From: Candidatus Bathyarchaeia archaeon
GTDB taxonomy: Archaea > Thermoproteota > Bathyarchaeia > Bathyarchaeales > Bathycorpusculaceae
Direction: 5' to 3'
Assembly (NCBI GenBank): GCA_050012255.1
Contig: JBEKHN010000001.1
Location: forward strand, 328,392 to 392,391
Length of the DNA: 64,000 bases
Part shown: positions 9,736 to 21,500 of the stretch, piece by piece
Position numbering within the stretch: the stretch's first letter is position 1
Layout of the letters: every line of letters starts with the position of its first letter
Translations under genes and position numbers: made by a program
Notes under the pieces: generated by a model
What the model was told of the DNA's origin: nothing
Databases searched by the model: none
Seen by the model: the letters and a program-made list of their open reading frames with translations, nothing else

Positions 9736-10926
9736 ATGCTTATGCGCATCTTCTTTCTAGGTGATGCAGAACCTAGACTCGTGCTCGGAAGCGCGGCTGC
9801 GCTTGCGATGAAGGGCCATGATGTCTTCCATGTAAGCCCATCAAAGAATCTGTTTCCAAGTTTCGCTGAGAAAATCCAAGTTGAAGTTTATGAAGGATTG
9901 CGCGTTCCAATAAACCGGATAGATATACCTGTTATCGGAGAGAAGAATCTTGCTGGTAGAGAAATCAGTCCGCAAGGCGTTTCTGCCTCTGTATTAACGT
10001 TGTTGAAAGAGGTTTCTCCAGATGTGATTGTATCGTATCCAGAAAGCTGGATGCTGGCTCGTTCGCTGAGCAAGAAGCTGTATATTCCGTTGGTTCTCTA
10101 CTTAGTCGGCATCAGAGCACTATATCTATTTACCTACCTGCAGTTTTTTCACAAGTATTCCGACATATTGCGTGCCCCATTTTCTTGCACTTATAATGTG
10201 GCTCTCTCTGAACTATCAGATTTCACGATTGCACCAAAAAAAACCGTAAAGTTCCTCAGATATTTTGGGATTCGAAGAGTTGCTGCGCTTCGCCCTCTTT
10301 TTGCGCGCGTCAATTTCTCGTCAGAACGCGTACGCAGAGGGACTAACATCGAGCTGCCTGAGTCTTATGTACTAAGCATTGCCACAGTCAGTAGAGACAG
10401 GAACCCTGAGATAGACCTAGGCGTTTTTCGGATTGTTATGGCTATTGCACGCAAAACACCAGATGTTTTCTTCGTGGTTGTTGGCACATCGATTAGCGAT
10501 TTAACGAATCTGGGCAAAGCTTCTGCCCTGCCAGGTAATGTGCGGCTTGTGGGAAAGATATTCGACGATGATTTGCTTGCTGTTATGTACAGGAAAGCCA
10601 AGTGTGTTCTGTGTCCGATAGTGTACCCAGGGCTGTCCACTAGAGTTGATGAAGCTCTTTTCTACAAAAGACCCATTGTAATGACCAAGACGACTGCTGA
10701 CTCATATGGTGCGCTTGTGGATCACGAAAATTGCATTGTCGAGCAGGATTTTGGCAAGTGGCCTGCAAAGGTGCTCCAAGTAATGGACGATAGTGAATTG
10801 AGAAAAAAACTCGAAGTGGGTGCGGAAAGATACTACGCCGAAGTATGTTCACCGAAACGGCACGCGCTGATATTGGAACAAATACTTAACTACGTGGTTG
10901 AGTACGCACAAGCACGAAAAAATTGA
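9736..10926 (+). CDS. Glycosyltransferase family 4 (divergent)
   Basis: MRIFFLG, MYRKAKCVLCP..STRVDEALFYKRPIV. Confidence 0.8.
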   Translation: MLMRIFFLGDAEPRLVLGSAAALAMKGHDVFHVSPSKNLFPSFAEKIQVEVYEGLRVPINRIDIPVIGEKNLAGREISPQGVSASVLTLLKEVSPDVIVSYPESWMLARSLSKKLYIPLVLYLVGIRALYLFTYLQFFHKYSDILRAPFSCTYNVALSELSDFTIAPKKTVKFLRYFGIRRVAALRPLFARVNFSSERVRRGTNIELPESYVLSIATVSRDRNPEIDLGVFRIVMAIARKTPDVFFVVVGTSISDLTNLGKASALPGNVRLVGKIFDDDLLAVMYRKAKCVLCPIVYPGLSTRVDEALFYKRPIVMTKTTADSYGALVDHENCIVEQDFGKWPAKVLQVMDDSELRKKLEVGAERYYAEVCSPKRHALILEQILNYVVEYAQARKN

Positions 10927-11222
10927 ACGGAAAATCAGAAAAAGGAAGAATCGGCACACCCCACGCTTCAGTAGTGATTGTGGAACACGCTAAGAAACTA
11001 CTTCAACTGTTCTGATTCTAGTGCAATATGGAGAAACCATAATCCTTAACTGTTTCTTCATGAGATTCAGGAAGGAAGGAATCTTAATTGAACCAGGAGG
11101 TCATTTACTGTTTATTGCTGAAGGTGATCGCGCGTGTCATTGCTGAATGACTGCGACATTGTTGCTCGGGCGCGCGCTCCGGGCTCGAAAAAAGAGCCTT
11201 CTTGGTTGCAGGAGAGATCTAC

Positions 11223-12206
11223 ATGACGAAGTTCAAAAGCATTCTGGTCTGTGGGGGGGCGGGTTTTTACGGAAGCAGCATAGTGGACGTGCTGGTTAAA
11301 GCCGGGGCTGAAAAAGTCATTGTCGTGGACAATCTGTTTCTTGGAAATCTGGAGAACCTCCAATGGGCGCAACGTAATGGCAATTTAATCGTGTATAGGG
11401 AAGACGCGCGCTACATCTCCGTCTTGGAAAGCATAATTGAAAAAGAGAAGCCTGAGGCTGTAATCAACTGCGCTGTCAAATGCCTACCGTACGGCTTTGT
11501 CGACCCAGAGGGTGCGTTTACTGCGGGAGTTGATATTGCGGTAAATCTCTGCAATTTGTTACGCAAGAAAAAGTTTGTGAGACTGGCGCAAGTTTCTTCA
11601 TCAGAATCCTATGGCTCAGCAGAATACGTGCCTATGGACGAGAAACACCCTTTTCATCCTGAGACTTCCTATGCTGCTGGAAAAGCCGCTGCTGATCTCA
11701 TTGTTCTGTCCTATCGAAATATGTACAACTGCGAGGCTACGGTCATAAGACCTTTCAACATGTATGGTCCGAGGCAAAACATGGCTGCATACGCTGCTGT
11801 TATCCCTGTGACGATTCGAAGATTGCTTACTTCAGAGAAGCCCGTGTTAGAAGGAGATGGCGAGCAAACTCGGGACTTTACTTATGTAGAGGATGCCGCT
11901 GAAGGGGCGCTGGCATTGCTGGAGTGTGATGCTGCGTTGGGCAAAGTTGTGAACTTGGGAACAGGAAAAGAGACGAAAATCAAAGACCTCATTGCCATGA
12001 TTTGCGAACATTTCGGCTATCCCTTCGAGCAAATTAAACGTGCACCAACAAGACCAGCCGATGTAAGAAGATTGTGTGCGGGAATAGAACTGGCGAAAGA
12101 ACTGATTGGCTGGAAACCGAAAACCGACTTCAAAGCAGGCATCGAGAAGACATCCAAATGGTTCAGCGAAACGATGAGAATAACAAGCAGAATGACTTAC
12201 TACTAA
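11223..12206 (+). CDS. NAD-dependent nucleotide-sugar epimerase/dehydratase
   Basis: GGAGFYGS, SSSESYG, YAAGK, RPFNMYGPRQ, TRDFTYV. Confidence 0.93.
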   Translation: MTKFKSILVCGGAGFYGSSIVDVLVKAGAEKVIVVDNLFLGNLENLQWAQRNGNLIVYREDARYISVLESIIEKEKPEAVINCAVKCLPYGFVDPEGAFTAGVDIAVNLCNLLRKKKFVRLAQVSSSESYGSAEYVPMDEKHPFHPETSYAAGKAAADLIVLSYRNMYNCEATVIRPFNMYGPRQNMAAYAAVIPVTIRRLLTSEKPVLEGDGEQTRDFTYVEDAAEGALALLECDAALGKVVNLGTGKETKIKDLIAMICEHFGYPFEQIKRAPTRPADVRRLCAGIELAKELIGWKPKTDFKAGIEKTSKWFSETMRITSRMTYY

Positions 12207-12321
12207 CTATTTCAGTGACTGAGACGCCCCGGTAGCGCGCGCTAAAAAGCGCTAGGCATATTAGTCCTCAAAACGAAACACAACTGTGCAGATCATGCTA
12301 CCTTCGGAGTTCTAGGAATCC

Positions 12322-13218
12322 TTGGAGAAAAAAATGTTAGAAAATGTTGATGTTCGTTTGTTGCCTTATTCGTGGATTGGCGTCGACAGAAACGTATTAG
12401 TAGATAAAGCAATTGCTGACATGAAGCATTTAAAATTGGTTTCAAATGAGAGGGTAACTCTTTTCTATAATGATTTAGAGTGGGATACAAAATTCTTTAG
12501 AGCAAAGGCGGGTGAGATTCCCTTCGTCATGCCAAAGGCGGATGCAACAATACATGACAGAGTAGAGATCCTAAGAAAACTCGTTAAAAGGACAGAGTAC
12601 GAGTTCACTACTCTCAGAGTCAATGCCCATGATCTGGCAACTGCACAAGCTGCGGAGCATTTGGGCTACTTTATCGCTGACATTCACACAAGCTACTTCT
12701 TTGATAAGCGCAAGCAAAGTTGCGAACCACTTCCCAACCAATACCAAGCCACAAGCCACGTTTACAAGTGTCCCTATTCTGCCAAGAGCCTTATAGCACT
12801 TGCCCAATCAGTTTTCTCCACCAATTTTGCCCATCGATTCCACAATGATCCACACATACCCAAAGAAAAAGCCGACGAATTATACGTGTTGTTGACCAAG
12901 CATTGCCTAGAAAAGCATAGCTCCGTAATAGTTGTTGAGCATGATGGTAATCCAGTTGGATTTTTGACTCTGCAAGAACACGCTGAAAACATTGACGGTG
13001 TAACAATTGGCAAATTCGGAATGGCAGGGGTCGCTCCAGAAGCTCGGGGAAAACAAATCTATCAGAACATGATTCTACAAGGTCTTCATCTCATTCAAGA
13101 CGACATTGTTGAAACCACGAATACGGGCATAGTGAATCCAGTTCAACGAGCATGGATGAACCTGAAGTTTAAACCAGCATATGTGAAACTTACACTGCAC
13201 AAATGGAGAGTCAAATGA
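12322..13218 (+). CDS. GNAT acetyltransferase, dTDP-fucosamine acetyltransferase (WecD)-like
   Basis: LEWDTKFF, RFHNDP, VAPEARGKQIY, LHKW. Confidence 0.75.
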   Translation: MEKKMLENVDVRLLPYSWIGVDRNVLVDKAIADMKHLKLVSNERVTLFYNDLEWDTKFFRAKAGEIPFVMPKADATIHDRVEILRKLVKRTEYEFTTLRVNAHDLATAQAAEHLGYFIADIHTSYFFDKRKQSCEPLPNQYQATSHVYKCPYSAKSLIALAQSVFSTNFAHRFHNDPHIPKEKADELYVLLTKHCLEKHSSVIVVEHDGNPVGFLTLQEHAENIDGVTIGKFGMAGVAPEARGKQIYQNMILQGLHLIQDDIVETTNTGIVNPVQRAWMNLKFKPAYVKLTLHKWRVK

Positions 13219-13313
13219 AAATGAGAAAGCAAAGCGACGAAAGAAAGAACGCAGTGAAGAGGAACCTATGAACCATTGCACTTCGCTTTGAAGGAGAGTG
13301 AAACGAAACGCAA

Positions 13314-14054
13314 TTGAAGGACAAGGTTTGCTTGGTAACGGGAAGCAGTAGAGGCATTGGAAAAGCAATTGCTTTGGCACTTGCCCATGAAGGCGCAAAA
13401 CTAGCAATCACCTACCATACTCAAAAATCTGACGCGATGGAAACCATGAACGAAATTGCCAGTGTAATTCATTCTAAGCATATCACTATTAGGGCGGATG
13501 TTTCAAAAGAGGAACAAGTCAATAGAATGATTCAGGAAACAGAAAAGACTTTTGGAACCATAGACATCCTAATCAACAATGCAGGCATACATAGAGACAG
13601 CATGTCCTGGAAAATGGATAAGAAAATCTGGAAAGAAGTATTGGCCACCAATCTCATGGGCCCTTTTCTCTGCACAAAACATGTGCTGCCGATAATGAGG
13701 GAGAAGGGTTGGGGCAGAATCATAAACATATCCTCAGTAATTGGAGAAACAGGATTGATAGGAGCAAGCAACTATGCTGCGTCAAAGTCTGGTCTTGTAG
13801 GCTTCACCAAATCCGTCGCCAAAGAAGTTGCAGACAAACACATCACGGTTAACTGTGTTGCCTATGGCTACATGAATGCGGGCATGAACCTTCAGCTTGC
13901 AGAAGAAAACAGACAGAAAGTCTTACAGAATATTCCTTTGAAACGATTTGGGACATTAGAAGAAGCGACAGGCCCAGTTCTGTTTCTATGCACTGACGCA
14001 GCCTCGTATATAACAGGGCAGACGATTCATGTAAACGGCGGATATTACCTCTGA
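13314..14054 (+). CDS. SDR oxidoreductase, FabG-like
   Basis: TGSSRGIG, NNAG, NYAASK, ITGQTIHVNGG. Confidence 0.92.
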   Translation: MKDKVCLVTGSSRGIGKAIALALAHEGAKLAITYHTQKSDAMETMNEIASVIHSKHITIRADVSKEEQVNRMIQETEKTFGTIDILINNAGIHRDSMSWKMDKKIWKEVLATNLMGPFLCTKHVLPIMREKGWGRIINISSVIGETGLIGASNYAASKSGLVGFTKSVAKEVADKHITVNCVAYGYMNAGMNLQLAEENRQKVLQNIPLKRFGTLEEATGPVLFLCTDAASYITGQTIHVNGGYYL

Positions 14055-14076
14055 TACAAGCGATTAAAAGCGCGCT

Positions 14077-14470
14077 CTGGCTATTGACAGATTTCATGCG
14101 GACACAGACCTTTCGGAGAAACTTTCTGACGAGGTATATACTGAATGGCTGAAGAATAGTCTAACCGGGAAATTGGCAGACTACGTTGTGGTCCCAAGAG
14201 TTGACGGCAAAGCCGCCGAGTTCTTGACTTTGAAGCAACATGCTGACAAAGTTGGAGATACTGATATTGGTTAACTGGTCCTAGCGGCGGTCGATACATC
14301 AATCCGCGGCAAGGGTATTTACGCCAACATGATATCGCTTGGGCTGAGAGTTTTGAAGTGGGAAGCAGAAATTGTGGAGACAGGCACTCAAGTCACAAAC
14401 TACGCTGTCCAAAAAGCTTGGGTTCAGGTCTTAAACAAGTGACAACGACACACGTATTTCATAAATGGTT
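14077..14470 (+). pseudogene. C-terminal fragment of a second WecD-like GNAT
   Basis: Manual translation IDRFHADTDLSEKLSDEVY..FLTLKQHAD..G*LVLAAVDTSIRGKGIYANMI..VQKAW..FHKW aligns to 12322-13218; TAA at 14272 plus a frameshift; begins at AGCGCGCT 14069. Confidence 0.85.
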
Positions 14471-14537
14471 AACTAGTCGAAGAGATTATTCCTTGAAAGA
14501 TCAATCTTGACTGCTTGGACGATGAGGAAGAAGAGAC

Positions 14538-14598
14538 TTGAAGCTTGAGCATGGCGGAGTCTTGGTAACGGGCGGCGCTGGCTTCCTAGCGCGCGCTA
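14538..14598 (+). pseudogene. N-terminal stub of a nucleotide-sugar epimerase
   Basis: LKLEHGGVLVTGGAGFL, cut at TAGCGCGCGCTA 14587-14598. Confidence 0.8.
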
Positions 14599-14874
14599 CG
14601 CTATCAACAACTCTGGCGTAGCCGTTACCAGAGGGGTGGGAGGGATCCAACGAATTGGTCTGCATACTATCTTCAAGCGCGAAGAGATGTCGAACAGCGT
14701 TGCCGTTCAATCAAGATAGTATATATACTATTTTGAGCGCGCGCGCTAAGTTTTTGCAGCTTGCCTTCCAATCCGAGTTCGCTTCTTCGTATAGAATCAG
14801 AGTAGAGAATTGGCGTTGCGCGTGGGAAAACTGGGACACAGATCTCTGGAAAACAAAGGAATTGGAGGGCACGA

Positions 14875-15987
14875 ATGAAGAATAAGAAACTGAAGCTTAT
14901 TGAACCCGTTATCGGTAAGGAGGAAATCAGAAGAGTCAGCAAAGTCCTCTGCTCAGGTTGGCTAACCGAAGGACGGCAAACAGAAGAGTTTGAAGAACAA
15001 GTGAGGAAGTACATTGGAGTAGACTACGCGATTGCCACTACTTCCTGTACAACCGCTATTGAACTGGCCTTGAGAGCCTTAGGGATAGGTCCAGGTGACG
15101 AAGTCATAATTCCTGACTTCACGCATCCAGCCACAGGAAACATGGTTAAGTGGGTAGGAGCTACGCCTGTACTTGTCGATGTGGACCTGTTCACGTACAA
15201 CATCGTGCCCGAAGAAATAGAAAAAGCAGTGACTAGGAAAACAAGATGCATAATTCCTGTTTCTTGGGGGGGAAACCCGTTAGACTTTGAGCCACTGAAT
15301 GAAATCAAACTTAAGCACGAACTGTTAATAGTGGAAGACGCGGCGTGCAGCTTGGGTGCTGAATCCAGAGGAAAGAAAACAGGAACCATGGCAGACATTA
15401 CATGCCTGAGCTTCCACCCTAGAAAAATAATAACAACGGGAGAAGGAGGAATGGCAGTGACAGATAACCCTGTCTATGCGAAACGAATACATGATCTCAA
15501 GAAGTTCGGTATGACTACTGGAAAAAAAGGAATCAGATTTACAGGCAATGGAACCAACTACAAGCTGAGCGACGTTTTGGCAGCCATTGGAATAGCTCAG
15601 ATGCAAAAGATAAACAGAATCATAGATAGACGAATTGAGCTTGCCCACACATACGACAACCTACTTTCAAAGGTTGACTCGATCAGGCCTCCACAGAAAA
15701 ATGAGAACGTGAAGCACACGTATCAATCCTATGCAGTCTACATCGAAAAGGAAGGAACAAGAGACAAAGTCATCAAAGACCTTCAAAAAGAGAACATTGA
15801 AACACAAATAGGAACGTATGCTTTGCACATGCAGCCTAGCTATGAACATGTAAAGAAAATCGGGAAATTGACAAGAGCGAAGAAATTATACAAGAACTTA
15901 TTGACACTACCCATGTGTCATTCGATGACGAAGAGAGATCAAGAACGAGTTGTCGCGAAAGTCGAGTCCTCGATGAACGAGTATTAG
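14875..15987 (+). CDS. DegT/DnrJ/EryC1/StrS aminotransferase
   Basis: GIGPGDEVI, VEDAACSLG, SFHPRKIITTGEGG. Confidence 0.95.
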   Translation: MKNKKLKLIEPVIGKEEIRRVSKVLCSGWLTEGRQTEEFEEQVRKYIGVDYAIATTSCTTAIELALRALGIGPGDEVIIPDFTHPATGNMVKWVGATPVLVDVDLFTYNIVPEEIEKAVTRKTRCIIPVSWGGNPLDFEPLNEIKLKHELLIVEDAACSLGAESRGKKTGTMADITCLSFHPRKIITTGEGGMAVTDNPVYAKRIHDLKKFGMTTGKKGIRFTGNGTNYKLSDVLAAIGIAQMQKINRIIDRRIELAHTYDNLLSKVDSIRPPQKNENVKHTYQSYAVYIEKEGTRDKVIKDLQKENIETQIGTYALHMQPSYEHVKKIGKLTRAKKLYKNLLTLPMCHSMTKRDQERVVAKVESSMNEY

Positions 15988-16083
15988 GCAAGACTCGTCT
16001 TCTCACTCAACTCGCGACATAGCACGCGCTTCAACTAGCTGACAGATTTCCTTTCCCGAACCAGCAACTTTCGCAAATACTCA

Positions 16084-16542
16084 TCATCTTTGAAATCTAC
16101 TAGTTTGGACGAGTGTGTTCTTAGTGTTCCTGTTTCCGGGCACCTGCATACATGCCAAACACAGTTCACTCTGCGAGGCCAAACAATCATTTTGCAAAGA
16201 CAGGGCATGACACTCAAGTTGCTTCATAGACAAATCATGCTTCACACCTTCCAACCTGCTTTTAACGTCTTTGCGTAGTCTTCTCTGCTCTTCAAGCTGG
16301 CGTTCAAGCCGGCCAATTTCATTCTTCGCTTGATGCAACTCCCTATATAGTAGCGCCTGTCCGTCGTGCAGCTCACGCACCCTCTTGATCACGAATAGAC
16401 TCAGCAACGCATCATTGAACGGTAAGACGGAGCCACATGAACTAGCATCGTTCGTATTCACTATGCTTTGAAGCTCGATGAGATCCTCAGGCGCAACTTC
16501 TCTTGAAGGCTTCTTATCGTCTCCCACACTTCCGGAGAGCAT
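16084..16542 (-). CDS. Coiled-coil hypothetical protein (possibly a frameshifted continuation of the wHTH gene)
   Basis: Heptad-rich; SLQNDCLA resembles CVQNDGLA in 63370-63714. Confidence 0.5.
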   Translation of the reverse strand: MLSGSVGDDKKPSREVAPEDLIELQSIVNTNDASSCGSVLPFNDALLSLFVIKRVRELHDGQALLYRELHQAKNEIGRLERQLEEQRRLRKDVKSRLEGVKHDLSMKQLECHALSLQNDCLASQSELCLACMQVPGNRNTKNTLVQTSRFQR

Positions 16543-17030
16543 TCACGTAACAGTCTTTCCGACGCGAAAGATGATATGATTCTCTCTTTGTTCATCCACA
16601 GAAAACCCTTTCGTAGCCTCTCCCTCCCTTCAAACCCTTTGCCTTGGATTTCGGTGGAACAGGAGGCAACAGAATAGAGAAGATCAGCGTCGGTCCGCGC
16701 GTCCTGCACAACCCGCTTAACATCTACTACGCCCACGGTAGGATTCGATTTCACGCGCCCGTAGTAGTACATAAGCCGCCTTTTTCCCCTGTCCAAAACC
16801 CAATAAACATAGCCGCGCACCCTGCCCCGCTTATACTCACGCCTGTCAACAAGCCCTTGCCGCCTACACTTCAAAAGAACCATCGAAACATTCTCCCCGG
16901 AAACCCCACGCAGCCCAGCAGCAACATCACTGCTAGTTGCTGTTCCCAACCTAAAGACGCTTTCAAGAACCCGTCTTTTCAAATCACAACGAACAAACAT
17001 CACCATTTTCCTTCTCAACGGTTCCTTCAC
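16461..17030 (-). CDS. Winged-helix DNA-binding protein
   Basis: ATSSDVAAGL..VSMVLLKCRRQGLVDR..YVYWVLDRG. Confidence 0.65.
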   Translation of the reverse strand: MKEPLRRKMVMFVRCDLKRRVLESVFRLGTATSSDVAAGLRGVSGENVSMVLLKCRRQGLVDRREYKRGRVRGYVYWVLDRGKRRLMYYYGRVKSNPTVGVVDVKRVVQDARTDADLLYSVASCSTEIQGKGFEGRERLRKGFLWMNKERIISSFASERLLRECSPEVWETIRSLQEKLRLRISSSFKA

Positions 17031-17168
17031 CCAGTCTTAGGACACACGCACTTTTAGAGTTGACGACTAAACACTAGCACGTAAACACCTGCCAACACCG
17101 GTCAACCCTCTCTACATAGTAGAGACACACGAAAAAAGCCAAGCGCGTTGAGACAAACCGCACGCGCA

Positions 17169-17197
17169 AACGAATTTAGGAACAGGCATGTGCGCTA
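17169..17197. repeat. Solo copy of the MITE terminal repeat
   Basis: AACGAATTTAGGAACAGGCATGTGCGCTA vs 33054-33082 AACGAATTTAGGAACAAGCATGCGCGCTA. Confidence 0.85.
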
Positions 17198-17225
17198 TCA
17201 AGAAGGGATTTGAGCGGCCTCTAGT

Positions 17226-18275
17226 GTGGGAACTGAAATGAACAAGGGAAAGATCATCAAACTTGGCATTCCAGTCTTGAGCCTTTGTTCAAGAGCAGAT
17301 GATTCATTTCTCGTTGTTTCCAAAGGGAAAAAAAGCAATGAACTAGATATTTCTGTTCTCAATTCTTCTGGGATTAGAACTCAAGAATTCGCGACCTTGA
17401 CAGGTTCAAGAAGTTTTCTCATAAACACGATAAAGGGAAAACTGTATGTAGGTGTCGATAACAAGCTCATATTGAATGATCATGGCACATGGAAAACGGT
17501 GATAAAGAGCAAAAACAAATCAAATTTCTTTTGGCACATGTGCGCTTCTGACGAAGGCACAATGTATGCTCAAGAATATGGTGAACATCCATGCAATATC
17601 TACATGTCAGAAGATGGCGAACAATGGAAACACCTCGGCACAGCAAAAGGCATAGACAAAAGAGCGAGGCACTTTCACAGTATTGCCTACGACCAATACC
17701 GAAGAATGTTACTGGCAACGCTCGGAGATGGTAATTACATCAGGATAGCCTCTCTCAGGGATAGTGATTGTAATTGGAGACCCTTCTACAGGGGCGCATG
17801 GCAAGTTGTTTCAATCACCGTTCTGAAGAGCCTAGTAGTTTTCGGTATGGATAGCGCCATTGCCCCTGGTGGTTTAGTCTTATGGCATCCGGAAAACTCT
17901 CGAATTGAAGTCTTACATCTACAATGGAGAGATAAGAGGGTCAAGTACATGCAAATGGCTGACTTGAAGCTTCTAAAAAACGGGATTTGGGTAGCTGCTT
18001 TGGGAAGCCCTCAAGCCATAATTGCCTCATGTGATCTTAGAAATTGGGTTCCTATGTACGTAAAAAGCTTTGACGCTGGTTTCAATCATTCAATTGGCAT
18101 AAGCGAAGGAAAAAACACTGTTGCCTTCACGACTGGCAACAGTGTCATAGTCCTCAAGAAGGATTATCTGTCAACATATGTGACAAGACACAAACCTGTG
18201 ATCCGTGAACATATGGCATTATTTACCAAGCTTAAGGGCATTGGATACGACATCAAATGCGCGCTTTCTCGATAG
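17226..18275 (+). CDS. BNR/beta-propeller protein
   Basis: QEYG, IYMSEDGEQW (Asp-box), RHFHSIAYDQY..TLGDG, FGMD. Confidence 0.7.
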   Translation: MGTEMNKGKIIKLGIPVLSLCSRADDSFLVVSKGKKSNELDISVLNSSGIRTQEFATLTGSRSFLINTIKGKLYVGVDNKLILNDHGTWKTVIKSKNKSNFFWHMCASDEGTMYAQEYGEHPCNIYMSEDGEQWKHLGTAKGIDKRARHFHSIAYDQYRRMLLATLGDGNYIRIASLRDSDCNWRPFYRGAWQVVSITVLKSLVVFGMDSAIAPGGLVLWHPENSRIEVLHLQWRDKRVKYMQMADLKLLKNGIWVAALGSPQAIIASCDLRNWVPMYVKSFDAGFNHSIGISEGKNTVAFTTGNSVIVLKKDYLSTYVTRHKPVIREHMALFTKLKGIGYDIKCALSR

Positions 18276-18500
18276 AGTGCACGGCTAGAGCAAGATTAGA
18301 CTGATCATTCCCGGAGCAAATGAGAACGTTACAGGAATTCTTGAAGCAGGAAAGCTGGTTGAAGAAAAGATTGGATCGTTTGCCAGGTTATAGCGCGTGC
18401 TACTTGGAGTGGACAGCCGCGCGTACTGAATGAATGTTCTATAAACGTATTTATCTTTGTTTGTGGAAGACCTATGTGTTAAAATGAGGAGATAAGATAG

Positions 18501-21500
18501 TTGAGAATATCCCGACTTCATAGACGAAAGTCTAAAGGTATGCTGATCATGTGGATTTTGGCAGCAATGGTCATAGTGCCACTCTCTATACTCGTGCAGC
18601 CCACCGCTGCGGAGAATTGGTGGAATCCAGGATGGAACTACAGAGAAACTGTTGTGGTGAACCATACTCAGGTAAACGCAACATTGCTGAGTTTTCCAGT
18701 TCTCATTGACGTTGTAGATGCTAATCTTGTGAACAAGACTCAGGCCAGTGGCAATGACATTGTTTTCGTTGGTAGCGACAATGGTACGTTCAACCATGAG
18801 ATTGAGTTTTACGATGGCACTGTTGGGCATCTTGTTGCGTGGGTTAGAGTCCCCCAGCTTTCTTCCACTCAAGACACGACATTCTACATGTACTATGGTA
18901 ATCCTTCTGCTCAGAATCAGCAGAATCCAAACGGTGTCTGGGACGCCAACTTCACCATGGTTCAACATCTCGACGAGACAGGAGTGAGTCGCTTTGATTC
19001 TACAACTAATAAAAATAATGGGACAGCTTATGGTGTGAGTAAGGGTTTGGGGAAGATTGATGGGGCTGACGTTTTTAATGGAGTAAACAGTTACCTCAGA
19101 GTGGCTGACGCTCCGAGTTTGGATCCTTCGTCGACCATTATGGTTGAGTTGTGGATGAATCTTTCGTCGACGAATGATTACATCAACCTCATTAGCAAAG
19201 GCAGTTATGACCAGTTTTACTTGAGGCTGGGTTCAGGATATGGAAGTAATTCCTCCGGAAATGCCTACTGGTCCGTTAAGTTCAGCGATGGCAACGTGTC
19301 AGTCATTGAGGGAAATGTTGGCTGGGCTTGGAACATGTGGCATTACGTGGTCGCCACCTTAGATACGAACGCTCAGGTTATGCGAATATATGTTGATGGT
19401 GTCTTGAAGCTAAGTGGCACTTTTGCTTCAGGAAAAAGCATCGCTGCCACGTCGAATCCTATTCTCATAAGCAACCCAAGTTCAAGGCAGATCAAGGGAA
19501 TCATAGAGGAAATTCGCGTCTCAAATGCAGCTCGCTCGAATGCTTATATTCAGACTAGCTACATGAACCAGAAGAGTCCATCAACATTCTGCGCAGTGGG
19601 ATTTCCAGAAACAAACCCGATCCCACCTGCCAACATTTTGATATATGATGCAAACCCAGCAAATGAAACCACAGGCACCTATACAAACCCAACTCTATCC
19701 ATTCGAGCAGTCGACCTCAACGGAGGTACCATGAACATTACCTTTGTGGAAAGAGTGTCTGGCAATTGGATAGACATAGGGGACTACATTGGAAAGGATG
19801 GCGTGTACTCTACGATTTCAGAGAATGTGACAAGTCTTGGCAGTACGTATTACTGGGGCGTCTACGTTACGGATGGCACGAATTCCACAAGCAACTATTA
19901 CTCTTTCACGACCACCACGAAAATACTTACACAAAAATGGTTTGTGAATAGCGCTTGGAGCGGAGTTTCCGGCGCACTCATAGCTGACGTCAATGGAGAT
20001 GGCACGCAAGAGGTTATCCAAGCTGGACAAGGTGGAGTGGTGGCTCTGAACGGTACCAACGGAAATGTTGTCTGGAATGTTTCTGACAGTGGTATAGGCG
20101 ACCATTGTCAACCCGCGATCGCCAACCTAGACGGCGATGGAGACCTTGAAACAGTCGTTCCCCTTCAATCTCCGGCGGGGGTACTCGTTTTGTATGGCAA
20201 TGGTAGCACGTATTGGAGAAGAACCGATCTGGGCGGGGACATGTTTTCCGGGCCTGTAGTCTTCGACATTGATGGGAGTGGTCATCCAACAATCTTTGCA
20301 GCTTCTACAGATGCTTTAAGTGGCCTAGGCCTAAATGGCACTGGAAGGATTACCGCGCTGAGCTATAATGGAACCATATTGCGTCAAACCTTTGCTTGGC
20401 GTCCCTGCAGCGGAGGCCTGTCCATTGCAGATGTGGATGGAACTGGTCGATTTACGCTTTTCATGGGCGACAGATACATGTACCTAAACAGCTCTGAATA
20501 TGGGGACAACGACTATGGAAAAGGAGTCTCTGCATATTGGGCCACGAATTTGACGTTGCGATGGTACAGGCCGGAAATCTTCTGCAGCAGTCAAAAACCT
20601 ATACTGGCCGACGTCAACAATGATGGAAAACTTGAAGTTGTAATAGGCGATATGAACGGTGGGGCCTGGGTGCTGAATGCAACAGATGGAAGCACAATAA
20701 ACGCGATTCCAGGCGTTCCTTACGTTTTACCCACCCACTATCAACCTTCAGTCTACGACATAGACGGTGACGGGCACCTTGAAATGCTGATGGCTGACCC
20801 GCACGATACTGCCTCGAGCGACCTCGTTGTCTTGGACTTGGTTACATGGAAGGTGAAAGCAAGCATTTACATAGGGAAGAACTTCTATGGCCCTCAACTC
20901 GCCGACGTAGATGGCGACGGTCACATGGAAATTATCGCGTGCAACTACGGCAGCATTCTCATCATCGATAGAACGTACCGCGTGATAGACGGCATAGTTG
21001 GGCTTTCGGGAGGAGTCATTTCCCAAGGTACACCAGAAAACATAGATGGATTAGCAGGACTCACAGGAACACTAAACTATGCGGTCGTGCAGGACATAGA
21101 CGGCGACGGCTACAACGAGGTAGTCGTCACATCCCAAAGCGGCACCGTGTACGCATTTGATACCCCCGCACGCACACCATATCCAAGACCCAGAACTGAA
21201 GTTCAATTCTATAGCGAATATAGACGTGGGGCAGCAGAATACGTGCAGCCTCAAACTACGCAGTCACCAGTTATCTCCTCTCTATACCCGCTGAATTCCG
21301 CAACAGCAGTACCCGTCTCAACATCCCAACTGAGTTTTACTCTAACAGACTATCAACGCAACTTGATGAACTATACCGTTACGACTTACCCAAACATAGG
21401 ATCTAGTAATGTGCAAAATGCGGGAAACGGGAGATGCTATCTGAACGTAAGCAATCTGCAGTATTCAACGATGTACGCGTGGACTGTAAACGCAACAGAT

